DNA of 64,000 nt, from positions 40,488,001-40,552,000 of the forward strand of contig NW_024704742.1 of assembly GCF_018977255.1 (NCBI RefSeq), given 5' to 3'. The translations under genes and the position numbers were made by a program. A model generated the notes under the pieces. That model was not told the DNA's origin. It did no database searches and worked only from the letters and a program-made list of their open reading frames with translations. Of the stretch, positions 37,101-49,100 are shown in pieces. Source of the DNA: Callorhinchus milii. Its lineage: Eukaryota. Position 1 is the stretch's first letter. Each line of letters begins with the position of its first letter.

Positions 37101-40100
37101 AGCTGAATTGGCCAAATCTTTAAAAGCCATCGAGAAATGCTGTAGTTAAGTATTGAGCATTTTAACTTTGTGAAGAAATAATTTATATACTAGCTAAAAA
37201 GAATGTCCCTACTGCTAGTCATCATTGATATCATCAAGGAAATATCATTAGTTGATCAGTAAAGTGACTTACAGAATAAGGTCACCACTGAAATGATCAA
37301 TTACAATGGAAAAAAATGATTACAGATGAGTTTCAGAATCTAACCCCGAGCTACTTTCAAACCAGGTTAATTTAGATTCGAGGAAAACATTTTGAGCAGA
37401 GCATGATGAGCACGATGAAGTCAGAGGATTGGGAATTGCTAAAAGTGGAAGAATTCTCCCAAGTACTCTATGTTGATCATTAAATTCTACTTCACAATTT
37501 AACATTTAGACTACCAACTGGTAAAGAAAACTTTTAACATTTTCAGCTCATACAGAAAATATTAGGGCAACTGAAGCAACAACACAATTACATTTGTAAA
37601 GCAACTTTCACGTCGGGAGGACGTCCCAAGTCGCTGAACAGTTAGAGATCAGGATCCGCGCGTGGGGAGGTGGGGGCAGGGTTGGGATGAGGGAGGGCAG
37701 AAGGGGTAGGAGGGCAGCTGAAGGCACGGTCGAAAAGGAGGGTATTGAGTCGTACCTTGAAGGAAGCAAGAGAGGGATCAAGGCAAAGGGATTGTGGGAT
37801 GGAGTTCCAAAGGGTGGGGGCAGAGAGACTGAAAGCCCGGCTGCCGAAGGTGGGTCGGGCAGGAGACGAGCAGACCGGAGCCTGCTGAACGGAGGAAGCG
37901 GACAGGTTGATATGGGTTTAGCAGGTCAGAGGGGTAGAAAGGGGGAAGGCCGTGGAGGGCCTTGAAAGTGAGGATTTTTAATTCTATCCTCTGAGGGATG
38001 GGGAGTCAGTGGAGCTGGGTGGGTGTGATAGGCTCATGGAACCTGGTGCAGGAGAGGACACGAGCTGCAGAGTTCTGGATGATCTGCAGCTGGTGAAGGA
38101 AAAAGTTGGGGAGGACAACAAGTCGGGAGTTTCCATAGTCGAGCCTTGAGGTGACAAACGCGCATATGAGGGTTTCAGCGGCCTGAGGGGTGAGGCAGTG
38201 GCGGAGTCGGGAAATGTTGCGGAGGTGGGGGAAGGCAGAGCGGGTCATGGCACGGATATGGGGCGGAAAGGACTGTTGAGGGTCAAACAACATGCCCAGG
38301 TTCCTGACTGGCTTGGTGAGATGGAGTGCGCATCCATGGATGCTGCTGCTGCCAGTGCCTGAGGTGCGGAGGTGCTGGGGTGAGCCAATCACGAGAGCCT
38401 CAGTCTTGCTGACATTCAGCTGTAGAAAGTTGGCTTTTATCCAGGACTTGATGTCAGACAGACAGTCTGTCAGTTGTCTTGGAATTGATGGTGGAGGCAG
38501 CGAGACAGAGTTGGGTGTCATCCGTATACATGTGGAAGTTGACCCCATGTCTGCGGATGATGTCACCAAGAGGGAGCTTATAGAGATTGAGGAATACCAC
38601 ACAAGACTGCGAGGGCTGGAAGCAATATCAACATCAGGAATAACTGTCACCCCTAACCTAAAATAAGTGCTAAAAATGGTTGACCCTCAATTATCCTTTC
38701 TACCCCACATCCGTGCCATGACCCACTCTGCCTTCCTCCATTTCTGCAACATTGCCCGGCTCCCCCATTGTCTCACACTGCAGGCCGCTGAAATCTTCAT
38801 ACATTCATTCATAAAGTCCTAGTCCTCACCTTCAAAGCCCTCTATGGCCTTGCTCCCCACTACCTCTGCAACCTCCTAACCCCCTACCAACCTGCCCACT
38901 ACCTCCACTCAGTGGGCTTTGGCGTGCTTCACATCTCCCACCTCACCTGCCCATTGGCCAGTGGGCCTTTAGCCACTCTGCCTCCACCCTCTGGAACTCC
39001 ATCCCGCAATCCCTCCGCCTCGTCCCTCCCTTGTCTCCTTCAAGACTCATCTCAAGACCCTCTCTTCGACCGTGCCTTCGATCACCCATCTTCCCCCCCT
39101 GCCCTCCACCCTCCCCAATACCAACCCCCAGCTCAGTTCCGAAACACTGACTGTCCAGCGCCTTGGGACATCCTCCGATGTGAAAGGCGTTATACAAATG
39201 TAATTTTGTTGTTGTTGCTTAAACTGAAAATAAATTTGGAAGTATTCATCTGAATTTATCCTGCAAACCCATTTTTCTCCCTATTCTCTGGCCTTTATTT
39301 TAAGTTTACGGTTACTTTTTTTTATAATCTTGAGTTCACTCCTTTATAATTGAATAGAAATCTTTGCTTGTTAACTATGCATTAATGGAGTTAAATACAC
39401 CCTCACAGTTGGAGTGAACATTTCTAATAGTGATTCATGCAGCAAAACCTTATTTTCCTGCTGGTGTCTTTCTTTAGACTCTTTGTGAAAGGACTTCTTC
39501 TCTGTCAGTGGCAGCCTGTCTTAAAGAATAGCGCAGAAGCACTTTACCCTCCTTTTTAACAGAAAGCTTCTGAGTGCTATTATTTTCTGGTGAGAATTGG
39601 GATGCAGAGCATCCCTGCTCACTGTGTTGTTTTTGACCTGGCGGTTAGCAGTGCTGTATTTCTGTGGGGTCAATTAGGGCTGTACATTTCTTTTGAAACA
39701 AAAGGCCTTTCAAATGGAATATATAAAATACGTTGGCTGATAAATGCAAAGCAAGGATTGACGTTTAAAATGGTTTGTTATTAACATGCGGGGTTAGAGC
39801 ACAGACTTGTTTATACCATGGACAGGGTGTGGACCGGTTCAATGCACATCTGTGCAGGCAACTGCTTTCTTCCTGCATGCTAGCCAGTTCCTATGCCAAA
39901 AATGGACAATATCCAGGCCATCAGGTCATCACCACCATTTCCTACACACTGCATTGCAGACGTGTTCTGTTAAACAAGAGGGTAAAGTGCAAGGAGATCC
40001 GATAATGCAGAATTTGTACTTTATTTTAGCACGGGACCTGGCTAGCCAGCTGTGTGAATCCTCAGTAAACCTGGTTATCATGCTTCAGTACAAGGCTGGT

Positions 40101-43100
40101 TGGGATTTTTTGGATCCTAACTACCTTTCACTTATAACAGCGACATACTGTACCTATATAGAACATCAACTTGCATTTATATAGCGCCCTTCACACAGGG
40201 TAGCGTCTCAGAGTGGAGTCCTGTAGCTCAGAGGTTAGAACACTCGCTTTGCGAGTGAGAGACCGGAGTTCAATTCCAGACAGAGGGCGAAACCTTGGGC
40301 AAGTTTCCTTACTCCACACAGAGCCTAATAATAATCCCTCCAAAACCAAAAACAATAATAAAATTGGTCATTTTCAATCTACGACTGTTTGTGGGACATT
40401 GCTGTGCGCAATTGGCTGCCGCGTTCGCCCACAGATATACAGTCAATTCACTTTACAGTGTGTTCTGTGAAGCGCTTTGGGACGTCCTCCCAACGTGAAA
40501 AGCGCTATATCAAATGCAAGGATTATTATTATTAGAGTGCTTGAGAATGGCAGAGTCTGACAACAAGCCAGAAGGAGGGGGAGGAGGTGATCATAAGCAT
40601 GATCAAAAAGGAGGTCTAAGGCTGGATTGAAGGTGGGCAGGGAGGGAGCAAAGCAGAGGGATTGAAGGAGAGAGTTCTAGAGTTTTGGGGCGTAGTGGCA
40701 CGGCCACTGAAGGTCGAGCAGAGCGGACGAGGGATGAACAGGAGGCTGGAGCCGCCAAGCAGAATCAACGGGTGGTGGAGTGGGGAGGTAAGAAATTCGG
40801 AGAGGTGGGGAGGTGCGAAGGCATAAAGGGATTTGAAAATTGAGTGAGTGAATCTTGATATCAATCCATTCAGTGATTGGGAGCCAGTGGAGCCTGGCAA
40901 GGACTAGTATGATGGGGGTATGGTGTTTTGTGTGGATGAGTATCTGGGTGGTGGAGTTTTGAATTAATTGAAATTTGTGTATGGTGGAGCTGGGGAGACC
41001 AGCAAGGAGGGCATTGGAATAGTCCAGCTGGGAAGTGACAAAGTCATGGATGAGGGTTTATTGATCTGAACAAGTTCAGTTCAATAAATTTAGGTAAACC
41101 TTCCTGGAGAGCAATTGGATGGGTTGCTTAAGTGATCTGTGTCAGGATTTAGACTTCCAATGACACCAGATAATTGGAACAAATAAACTATTTTTTGTGC
41201 CAGTTGAAATTGGCTTATAAGGTTTTTTTTTAAAAAAAGGCTTGTAGAAAAAATTTAGTTTGTCAGGAATATGGTATGCAGCTTCCCTCTATACTATATT
41301 TTAGATTGCCCAATAGCTACAGGTCATAAAGTCGATTATACATGTACTATATGGAGATATCACAACAACAAAATCACATTTGTATAGCTCTTTTCACGTC
41401 GGGAGGATGTCCCAAGGTACTGAAAGAAGAAGCAAATAGGAGTACATTTGAGCTTTATTATATATCTTTAGCCATACAAAGTTAAAGCTTCAGTTTAACT
41501 ACAGTGCTGCACCATTCAGTTATAACATGATTGGGGGTGGCCCTCGTTCACTACATGTGATCCAACCACCACATTATCACGAGGCTCCACTGTATTTAGT
41601 CATTCAGCAATTATGTCATAATGATGTGATATTTTGATTGTTGTATATCGTTCAGCCAGTATTATTAATTAATTGATGTATTTCAACAACAAAATGACAT
41701 TTGTATAGCACCTTTTACATCGGGAGGATGTCTCAAGGCGCTTGACAATCAGTGTTTCGGACCTGAGCTGGGGGTCGGGATCAGGGAGGGTGGAGGGTAT
41801 GGGGGGAAGCAGGGTGGTCGAAGAGGAAAGTCTTGAGACAGGTCTTGAAGGAGGCAAGGGAGGGGGGTGCTAGGTGGAGGGACTGTGGTATGGAGTTCTA
41901 GAGGATGGGACAGAGTGGCTGAAGGGTCGAACAGGACACCGAGGTTCCGTATTGGCTCCGTGAGATGTAGCATCCATGGAGGGAGATGCTGTCAGGGCCA
42001 AGGTATGCAGGCGCTGACAGGAGCCAAGCATGAAGGCCTCGGTATTGTTGACATTCAATTGCAGGAAGTTGGCTCTCATTCCAGGACTTGATGTCCGACA
42101 AGAAGTCAGTGAGGACAGCAGTGGTGCTGGAATCGAGGGTGGAGTCAGAGAGGTGGAGTTGAGTGTCATCCGCATACATTTGGAAGTTGACCCCATGTCT
42201 GTGGATGATGTCACCAAGAGGAGGATGTAGATATTGAAAAGGAGAGGACCAAGGACAGAGCCCTGAGGGACACCACATGTAACGGTGGGGGCTGGAGGAG
42301 AAGCCGTTAGTGGTGACAAAGCGGAGACGGTGGGAGGGGTAGTATTCGAAGAGGGAAGGGAGAGGAAAGAGTGAAGTTGGAAACAATGCCAGGAGATAAG
42401 GAGAGGTTGATAATGTTGGTTAAAAGAGGATTTTTCCAGGATTTTCATTTGAGTCCTGCAAGCAATTTGTATGCTATGGTTGGCTGGATAGATGTGATTT
42501 GTTATTTGTGCTTCTACTGTCATCAAATGAATTTGTTTTTTGTCCAGGTCCAAATCCGCCCGTGGAATCTGAGTGACAGCGACTTTGTGATGGATGGTTC
42601 ACAACCTCTTGATCCACGTAAAACTATTTTTGTTGGTGGTGTTCCTCGGCCCCTAAGAGCTGGTAAGAAGGAACAATAAAACACTTTTTTTTATTTGAAC
42701 GACTTCTTGATGGCTAAAGTATAATAAATATTCTGACATAGTTTTGATAAATAAACATGCAGGAAATGCACAGGACAGCATGTTTTGTCGCGGACAAACG
42801 GGGAAAAATCACGGTATCTGTAACATTTTGATTCACCATGACATATCTGCAGCCATTCCTATTCATGACCAACCAGCTTGTCTGGCTCATCGAAGACTGG
42901 TCATTGGGGCAGAGGTTCTTCCCTCTCAGCCTCTGTTATCCTTGAAGCCAAAGCTCTAACAGTTATGCCAGCTGGACAAGCAATGGGAAGCTTGCCAGTG
43001 CTCACAATGATGAACTATTAGATTTTAGCTGTTTAGGCTCTAGCTGCACCCCAATTCACGCTCTTGACCTGATACTCTCTGGAATTAGTAAGCAGGATGT

Positions 43101-46100
43101 GTCCCTCTGGGGAGAGAGTACGCATTCCATTTCAGATGCATAGTCCACGTGGAACTCTGCCTGGATAAGTTATTCTTCAGTATGTGTCAGGTGGCTGATC
43201 AAATAAAACTAGAACTGGATGGTAGTTTGAATATCAATGCTCAATTTTATAAAGAAGAATTAAAAGGATGCATTTAACATTTATTATTTTTATTTAAATC
43301 CCCCTTTATCTAAAATAAATAAAACAAGACTTGATGGGATTATTTGTGAAGTTTAATGCATTATTATTTGTTCCACGTTTATGACACCCTTGCTACTGTG
43401 TATCCTGTCCCCTGGCCATTTTATCATAGTTTACTATGTGGTTTAAGGAGCAGAATGGAGTCACAGGAAATGTATGTCTGTTTTACAATGCCACCTTTAG
43501 AAGAATTCCATGTTTACAGTGAACATTTCTCATATTATTACGTTAGTAGAAACTGCTGTGAAGAAAAAATGGCAACAAAAAAATTACATTTGTATAGCGC
43601 CTTTCACGTCAGCAGGATGTCCCAAAAGAAAATGGCAATAATAGAGTAGATGAAATGAAATATTCAGAGTGACTTTACCAATATGTTTTGGCCTTTTTTC
43701 ACTTTAGAGAAGTGCAGTCTCATAATGACAGTACTCATCCCTCAGAGGATAAAGTTCAAAATCCTCATCTTTGCCTTCAAGGCCCTCCACGGTCTTCCCT
43801 TCCTACCTCTGTTACCTGCTAATCCCATATCAACCAGTCCACTCTGGCCTGCTCCATGTCCCCCGCTGACCCGCTCCACTATCGGCGGTTGGGCTTTCAG
43901 CCTCCTGGCCCCATCCTTTGGAACTCCATCTCACATTCCCTTTGCCTCACTCCCTCCCTTGCCTCCTTCAAGGCACGTTTCAAGACCCTCCTCTTTGACT
44001 GTGCCTTCAGGCACCCTCCCTGCCCTGCACCCTCGCCAATCCCAAAACTGTTGAGTCCTGTAGCTCAGTGGTTAGAGCACTCGCTTTGCAAGTGAGAGAC
44101 CAGAGTTCAATTCCAGGCAGGGCGAAACCTTGGGCAAGTTTCCTTACTCCACACGCCTAATAATAATCCCTCCGAAAACAAAAACAATAATAAATTGGTC
44201 ATTTTTAATCTACGACTTTTTGTAGGACACTGCTGTGCGCAATTGGCTGCCGCGTTCGCCCACAAATATACAGTCAATTCACTTTACGGTATATTCTGTG
44301 AAGCGCTTTGAGAAGTCTAGAAGACGTGAAGAGCGCTATATCAAATGCAAGGATCCAAAACACTGATTGTCCAGCTCCTTGGGACGTCCTCCTGACGTGA
44401 AAGACGCTATACAAGTGTAATTTTGTTGTTGAAATACATCAATTAATAAATACTGGCTGAGTGAATACAACAATCAAAATATCACATCATTATGACACAA
44501 TTGCTGAATGATTAAATACAGTGGATGTGGTGGTTGGATCACATACACAGTGAACGAGGCCCACCCTCAATCGTGTTATAAGCGAATGGCGCAGCCCTGT
44601 ATTTAAACTGACTTTTTTTATTTCTTGTTCCCCATTGCATTCAGGAGTTTTTTCACACTCTGTTTACATTGAAAAAAAAGCTTACGGGTTTCATATTAGC
44701 TGGGATTATATTTATTTAAACAAAGTATAATGTACTATACTCGTATTGTCCTCTATTTTAAAAGGTTTTGCATTCCTTTTGCAGTGGAGCTGGCTATGAT
44801 AATGGATCGACTTTATGGTGGAGTATGTTACGCAGGAATAGATACTGACCCAGAGCTAAAGTACCCAAAAGGTGCAGGACGTGTTGCCTTTTCTAATCAA
44901 CAAAGCTACATAGCTGCCATCAGCGCTCGTTTTGTTCAGCTACAGCATGGAGATATTGATAAACGGGTAAAGTACAAATTATTTTGGTTGATTCACTGTC
45001 ATAATCCAGCAAGCAACCTTGAATGGATATATAAAGGAAGAACTCTTGGGCAGCATACCTGAGTGATGTACAAAAATTGCTTGTGTCTTTTGATAATTAT
45101 AACTCGTATGAGCTATCAGGTTATTAGTTGTGAAAGGTTTTTGTGCACGCATGAGAAGAAAAAAAGATACGGTTTTGAAGAGATAATAAATCACAAATGA
45201 TGTTCAGATGAAGAAGGCTCTTGCAACCCATTTGATCTTGTCTTTCTAGAATACCCACCATACTGCCCTCACATTATCTTCCATATTTGGCAATATTGAC
45301 TATTTTGTAATCTGTTTTGTTTATGCTGTTTAAGGTGATCATCGTATATATAATGTGCCTCTAAAATTAAATGGATAGAATTGCTTCTTTGCTTCATTGT
45401 ACATCCCAAAATTGGATTTGAAAATAAGCTATTTTCATTACTTCTTTAACTGTGCAGTATTAGATTGACACAAAACTGCAGGAGCTAGTTCATACAGATA
45501 TTTAGCACTTAACAAAGGTCAATTATGTATAGCAATAAGATATAGTTTAGTGTAAATGGCTTGATACTATTCAGGTAATTAGTTATATATTAGTATAGGT
45601 ACAAGTGAAGTGCTTATTACCTTTTTTTCCAGTACTTTTTCTAAACAAGATGTTTAAAACAAGTAGAGAAAAAATATATTTTATGTGTTTAATTTCTCTG
45701 TTAAGTTAAAGTTCCTGGACGACCCTTAAGATCATTGCTGTTAGAGAATTCGCCACTATTCCACCTCCTAAAGAGTTTAACAACAACTGACATTGTCACT
45801 TGTCTATTACAATGGGGGCATTAAAAGCTCAAGGTTGTTTTACCTTTTTATAAAGCAACGGTTTTACCTTTGTATAAAGCTTATTTTCAGGTGTATCTCT
45901 AAAATGCAACCTTGGAATCCATAGTGCCTTTGAATTACAGTGACTTTTTTCTGACCTAAATCCATTAAAATCTGCCTTTGCCTTAGATTTGGGAGTATGT
46001 TAAATTTGAAAAAAAATTGGAAAAAAATTCTCCCACATCAGTCATCTCTTTCTTTTAAAGACTCAATTTTTGATCAATCTTATTGACCTCAAAATCTCCT

Positions 46101-49100
46101 CTGATCTCAAAGGAATTCCCATCTCTCCTCCATTGCTATAGTAGCCTCCAAAAGTTTGGTTTCCTGTTTTGAGGCAAAACTTTATTTTCCTCTCAACAAC
46201 TTGTACCTATCTGAAAGAAAATCCCAAATGTATCTCAATTTTTGGGGGGTCAGCCGTGTGTCTGATACATGATCTATGCTTAAGAATATTCTGTCCAGGA
46301 CTATGCTTAAGAGTACTCAGTCCAGGCTGAGAGTTTCACATGTTTTTGCATACCTACAGATGGAATGGTATTCACACTCTCTCCCTGTAGGTTGCCTAAT
46401 TCCAGAGTATTACATGCATGCTGGCAAGAGTAATGGCTTGGGGACACGATAGTGTGCATTGGGGTACTGCTGGAGTCTAACCAACTAAAATTAACGTTGA
46501 TCCAAGATGGAACCTAATGAACCTTTCTCCCAAGTTTCAAATAGATCCCGCATTCTCTTCTCTCACTTGCAATCACACCAGCTCGTGCTTTTCCAGGAGC
46601 TCAAGACTATGGAGTTCATTATTTCTCTTAATCTTCCTTTCCTCTTAAAATCGACACAAACATTTGGGGCCACCTAACCATTTCTGTGCTACACTATTTG
46701 GTGTGGTACTACATTTTGAACTTTGACCCCTCGGCTTGATTTTTAAAGTAAGATCAATTCACTTGAGCCCTTTTGCACTTTTTAATGAATTTTCATGGCT
46801 GAAGAATTTCATCCTGCTAACAGAGATCTAATCCCAACTATAGAATATATAGCTATATATAGAATATATAGCTATAGAATTATTGTAGAATTAAACACAC
46901 AAAGCAAAGACTTATTTTCTTCCTGTTTCAAGATAGACAACTCAACATTTACTAATACTGTTAATATCCATTGTCGTATTACATGCAATTGGAAGAAACT
47001 GTCTTAATCTGGACTCTGTCATTTATCCTGGGAAAGTAATCCAGAAAACTGAAATCAGGTTCATTTGGTTTCCATTGAGTGAATTAACTGCACAGATTTT
47101 TTTTTTAAAAAAAGCAACATAAATGGTATGAAAGTGGGAAAATATGTAAATTAAATCTTCCCATGTCCATGTACCAATACAGGTTAGTAGATTACCCTCT
47201 GTTCAATATCTATTTTTGCCCACAAAATATACAGTCAGTTCACCCTACAGTATATCCTGTGAAGCGCTTTGAGACGTCTCGAAGACATGATAAGGGGCTA
47301 TATCAAATGCAAGGATTATTATTATTATAAGATCATTAGTTGATCATTATGCCTCCCTCCTCAACCCACACACACATACCCTGAGAGAAACAGGATTGAT
47401 GCAATACAGAATTATTTTGACATGAAATTCAACTTTGAGTAAGAATTCAAACCTGCAGTTTGAGTGCTCTTTAATGCTCTTTCACGTTTCATACAAAAGG
47501 TGTGTTTAGAGGGAATGTCTAACAAAGTGAACTATTAAGTGATGCGTGTTATATCGAACGTAGTGGTATATTTGAGAGCTTCATAGTGACGGCGCTCTTG
47601 TCTTAGTAAATCGTTAGTTTTAACCCAGGGAATATAGCAAGTTCCTAGTAACTTCAGTATATTTGTATTGGAGGGTTGTGCGATATTGACAGATGGATCA
47701 GGTAAAGTGCCTATGTCTGAGGAGATTAGAACAGACCATTAGTCACTCTGGCTCAGTGGTTAAGAACAGCTGTAGTAATTAGCTGTCCTCCACATGATAA
47801 ACGTCTCTGTGGACCACAAAGCTTTGACCTTCTGTGATATTTGAATCAGCCTTGAATCTCGGTTTAAAGGTGCTATGTATTCTTTTAAAATGTATCTTAA
47901 AATAATAATATTTTCTATTGTCGACTATGCAATGTAATCAATCCAGATCATAGTGAGTATAAATAGTGTTTACCCTAGTATAAGAGTTCTGCATTTCAAT
48001 ACTGCACCTTACTGTGAAAATACTTATTGTTCATCTGTAACTTTTTACGTATTTCACTGTTCACTGGATCCAACCAGTACAAGAGTTGCCTGCAATAAAT
48101 TACCCTGGTGATCTGTCATAGATAAAGATATTCATACAGCAAGCTATAAGTTCTTTCCAAAATTTGGATCAGAATAATAAGGACTAAAGGAAATTGTCTT
48201 TAAATTTAACTTTTTCTCAAATTTGCAGTCATTTTTGTTTAATGAAAAATTTGCTAAAATTCAGCTGTGCTGCTTTCCTATGTACTGTTATTAATTTATT
48301 TGGAAAACTCTCACACATGCAGGCTGTAATCTTAATTAACAGCAACACATTGAGGCAGTATGCATAATTTATTAATGTGCAGTTTTTTGCAGATGTGATT
48401 AAATGAAGCATATTTATGTTATCATTGTTCTTGTGAAGGGACTAAGGCTATAAATTAACATTGAATTGTTCAGCTGTTAAAATTAACCTTGGGCTGTTGT
48501 ATGCTAGCATTCATATTGCTTCACAAATTTTGTCTTTCCGTCAAGACATAAAAAATGCATTTAGATCTGTTTTTCCAGATTCAGGGTGATTCTATATTTG
48601 AGATATTTGAAGAGTATTAAAATATGGAAGCTGCCATTATATCCCATATAATACGGTATGGTATAAGTCAATGATGTAGCAGACAAATGACTTTGCAGTG
48701 TTAGGTAGCAGTACAATGAAGAGGTAATCTTAGAAGTATAGATCCTTTTTGTGCATTCTATATGGTAAAGGTGGCAATAAGATCAGGTCAGAAAAGGTAT
48801 TTGTTGTTCTCTGGGGTAGCTAGGAGGAGATTCACAAAATATTTTTTGTAGGCGAGGGGAATCTGACTGATTGTAAAATACATTTTAATAAGTTTTGTAC
48901 GGTTTATGCAAAGTGACTTGTTAAAAATAAAAAGCAATGCAATTTGTCGAAACCGAGAAGATAACATACCCTGCAGCATCCCTTTCTGTTCTGAGGATTA
49001 AGATGTTAAAGATTGACCTAGTCCAGTCTATGGCGGAAGCACATAGTTATTTGACACCTGGCACTCAATTGTCTGCAGGAAAAAAATGTTTTTAGGCCTG

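Larger units (their letters stand above)
41490..44611. repeat. Long inverted repeat: arms 41490-41761 and 44354-44611 (L2 tail plus ~190 bp non-L2 flank)
   Basis: Reverse-complement alignment by eye, e.g. ATACAACAATCAAAATATCACATCATTATGAC and ATGTGGTGGTTGGATCACAT blocks. Confidence 0.9.

Noticed and set aside
44053..44125. tRNA-Ala(TGC)-like cloverleaf (also at 32870, 40216 and 10595)
   Set aside because: The T-stem is imperfect and the sequence runs straight into a repeated SINE body; it is a SINE head, not a tRNA gene.
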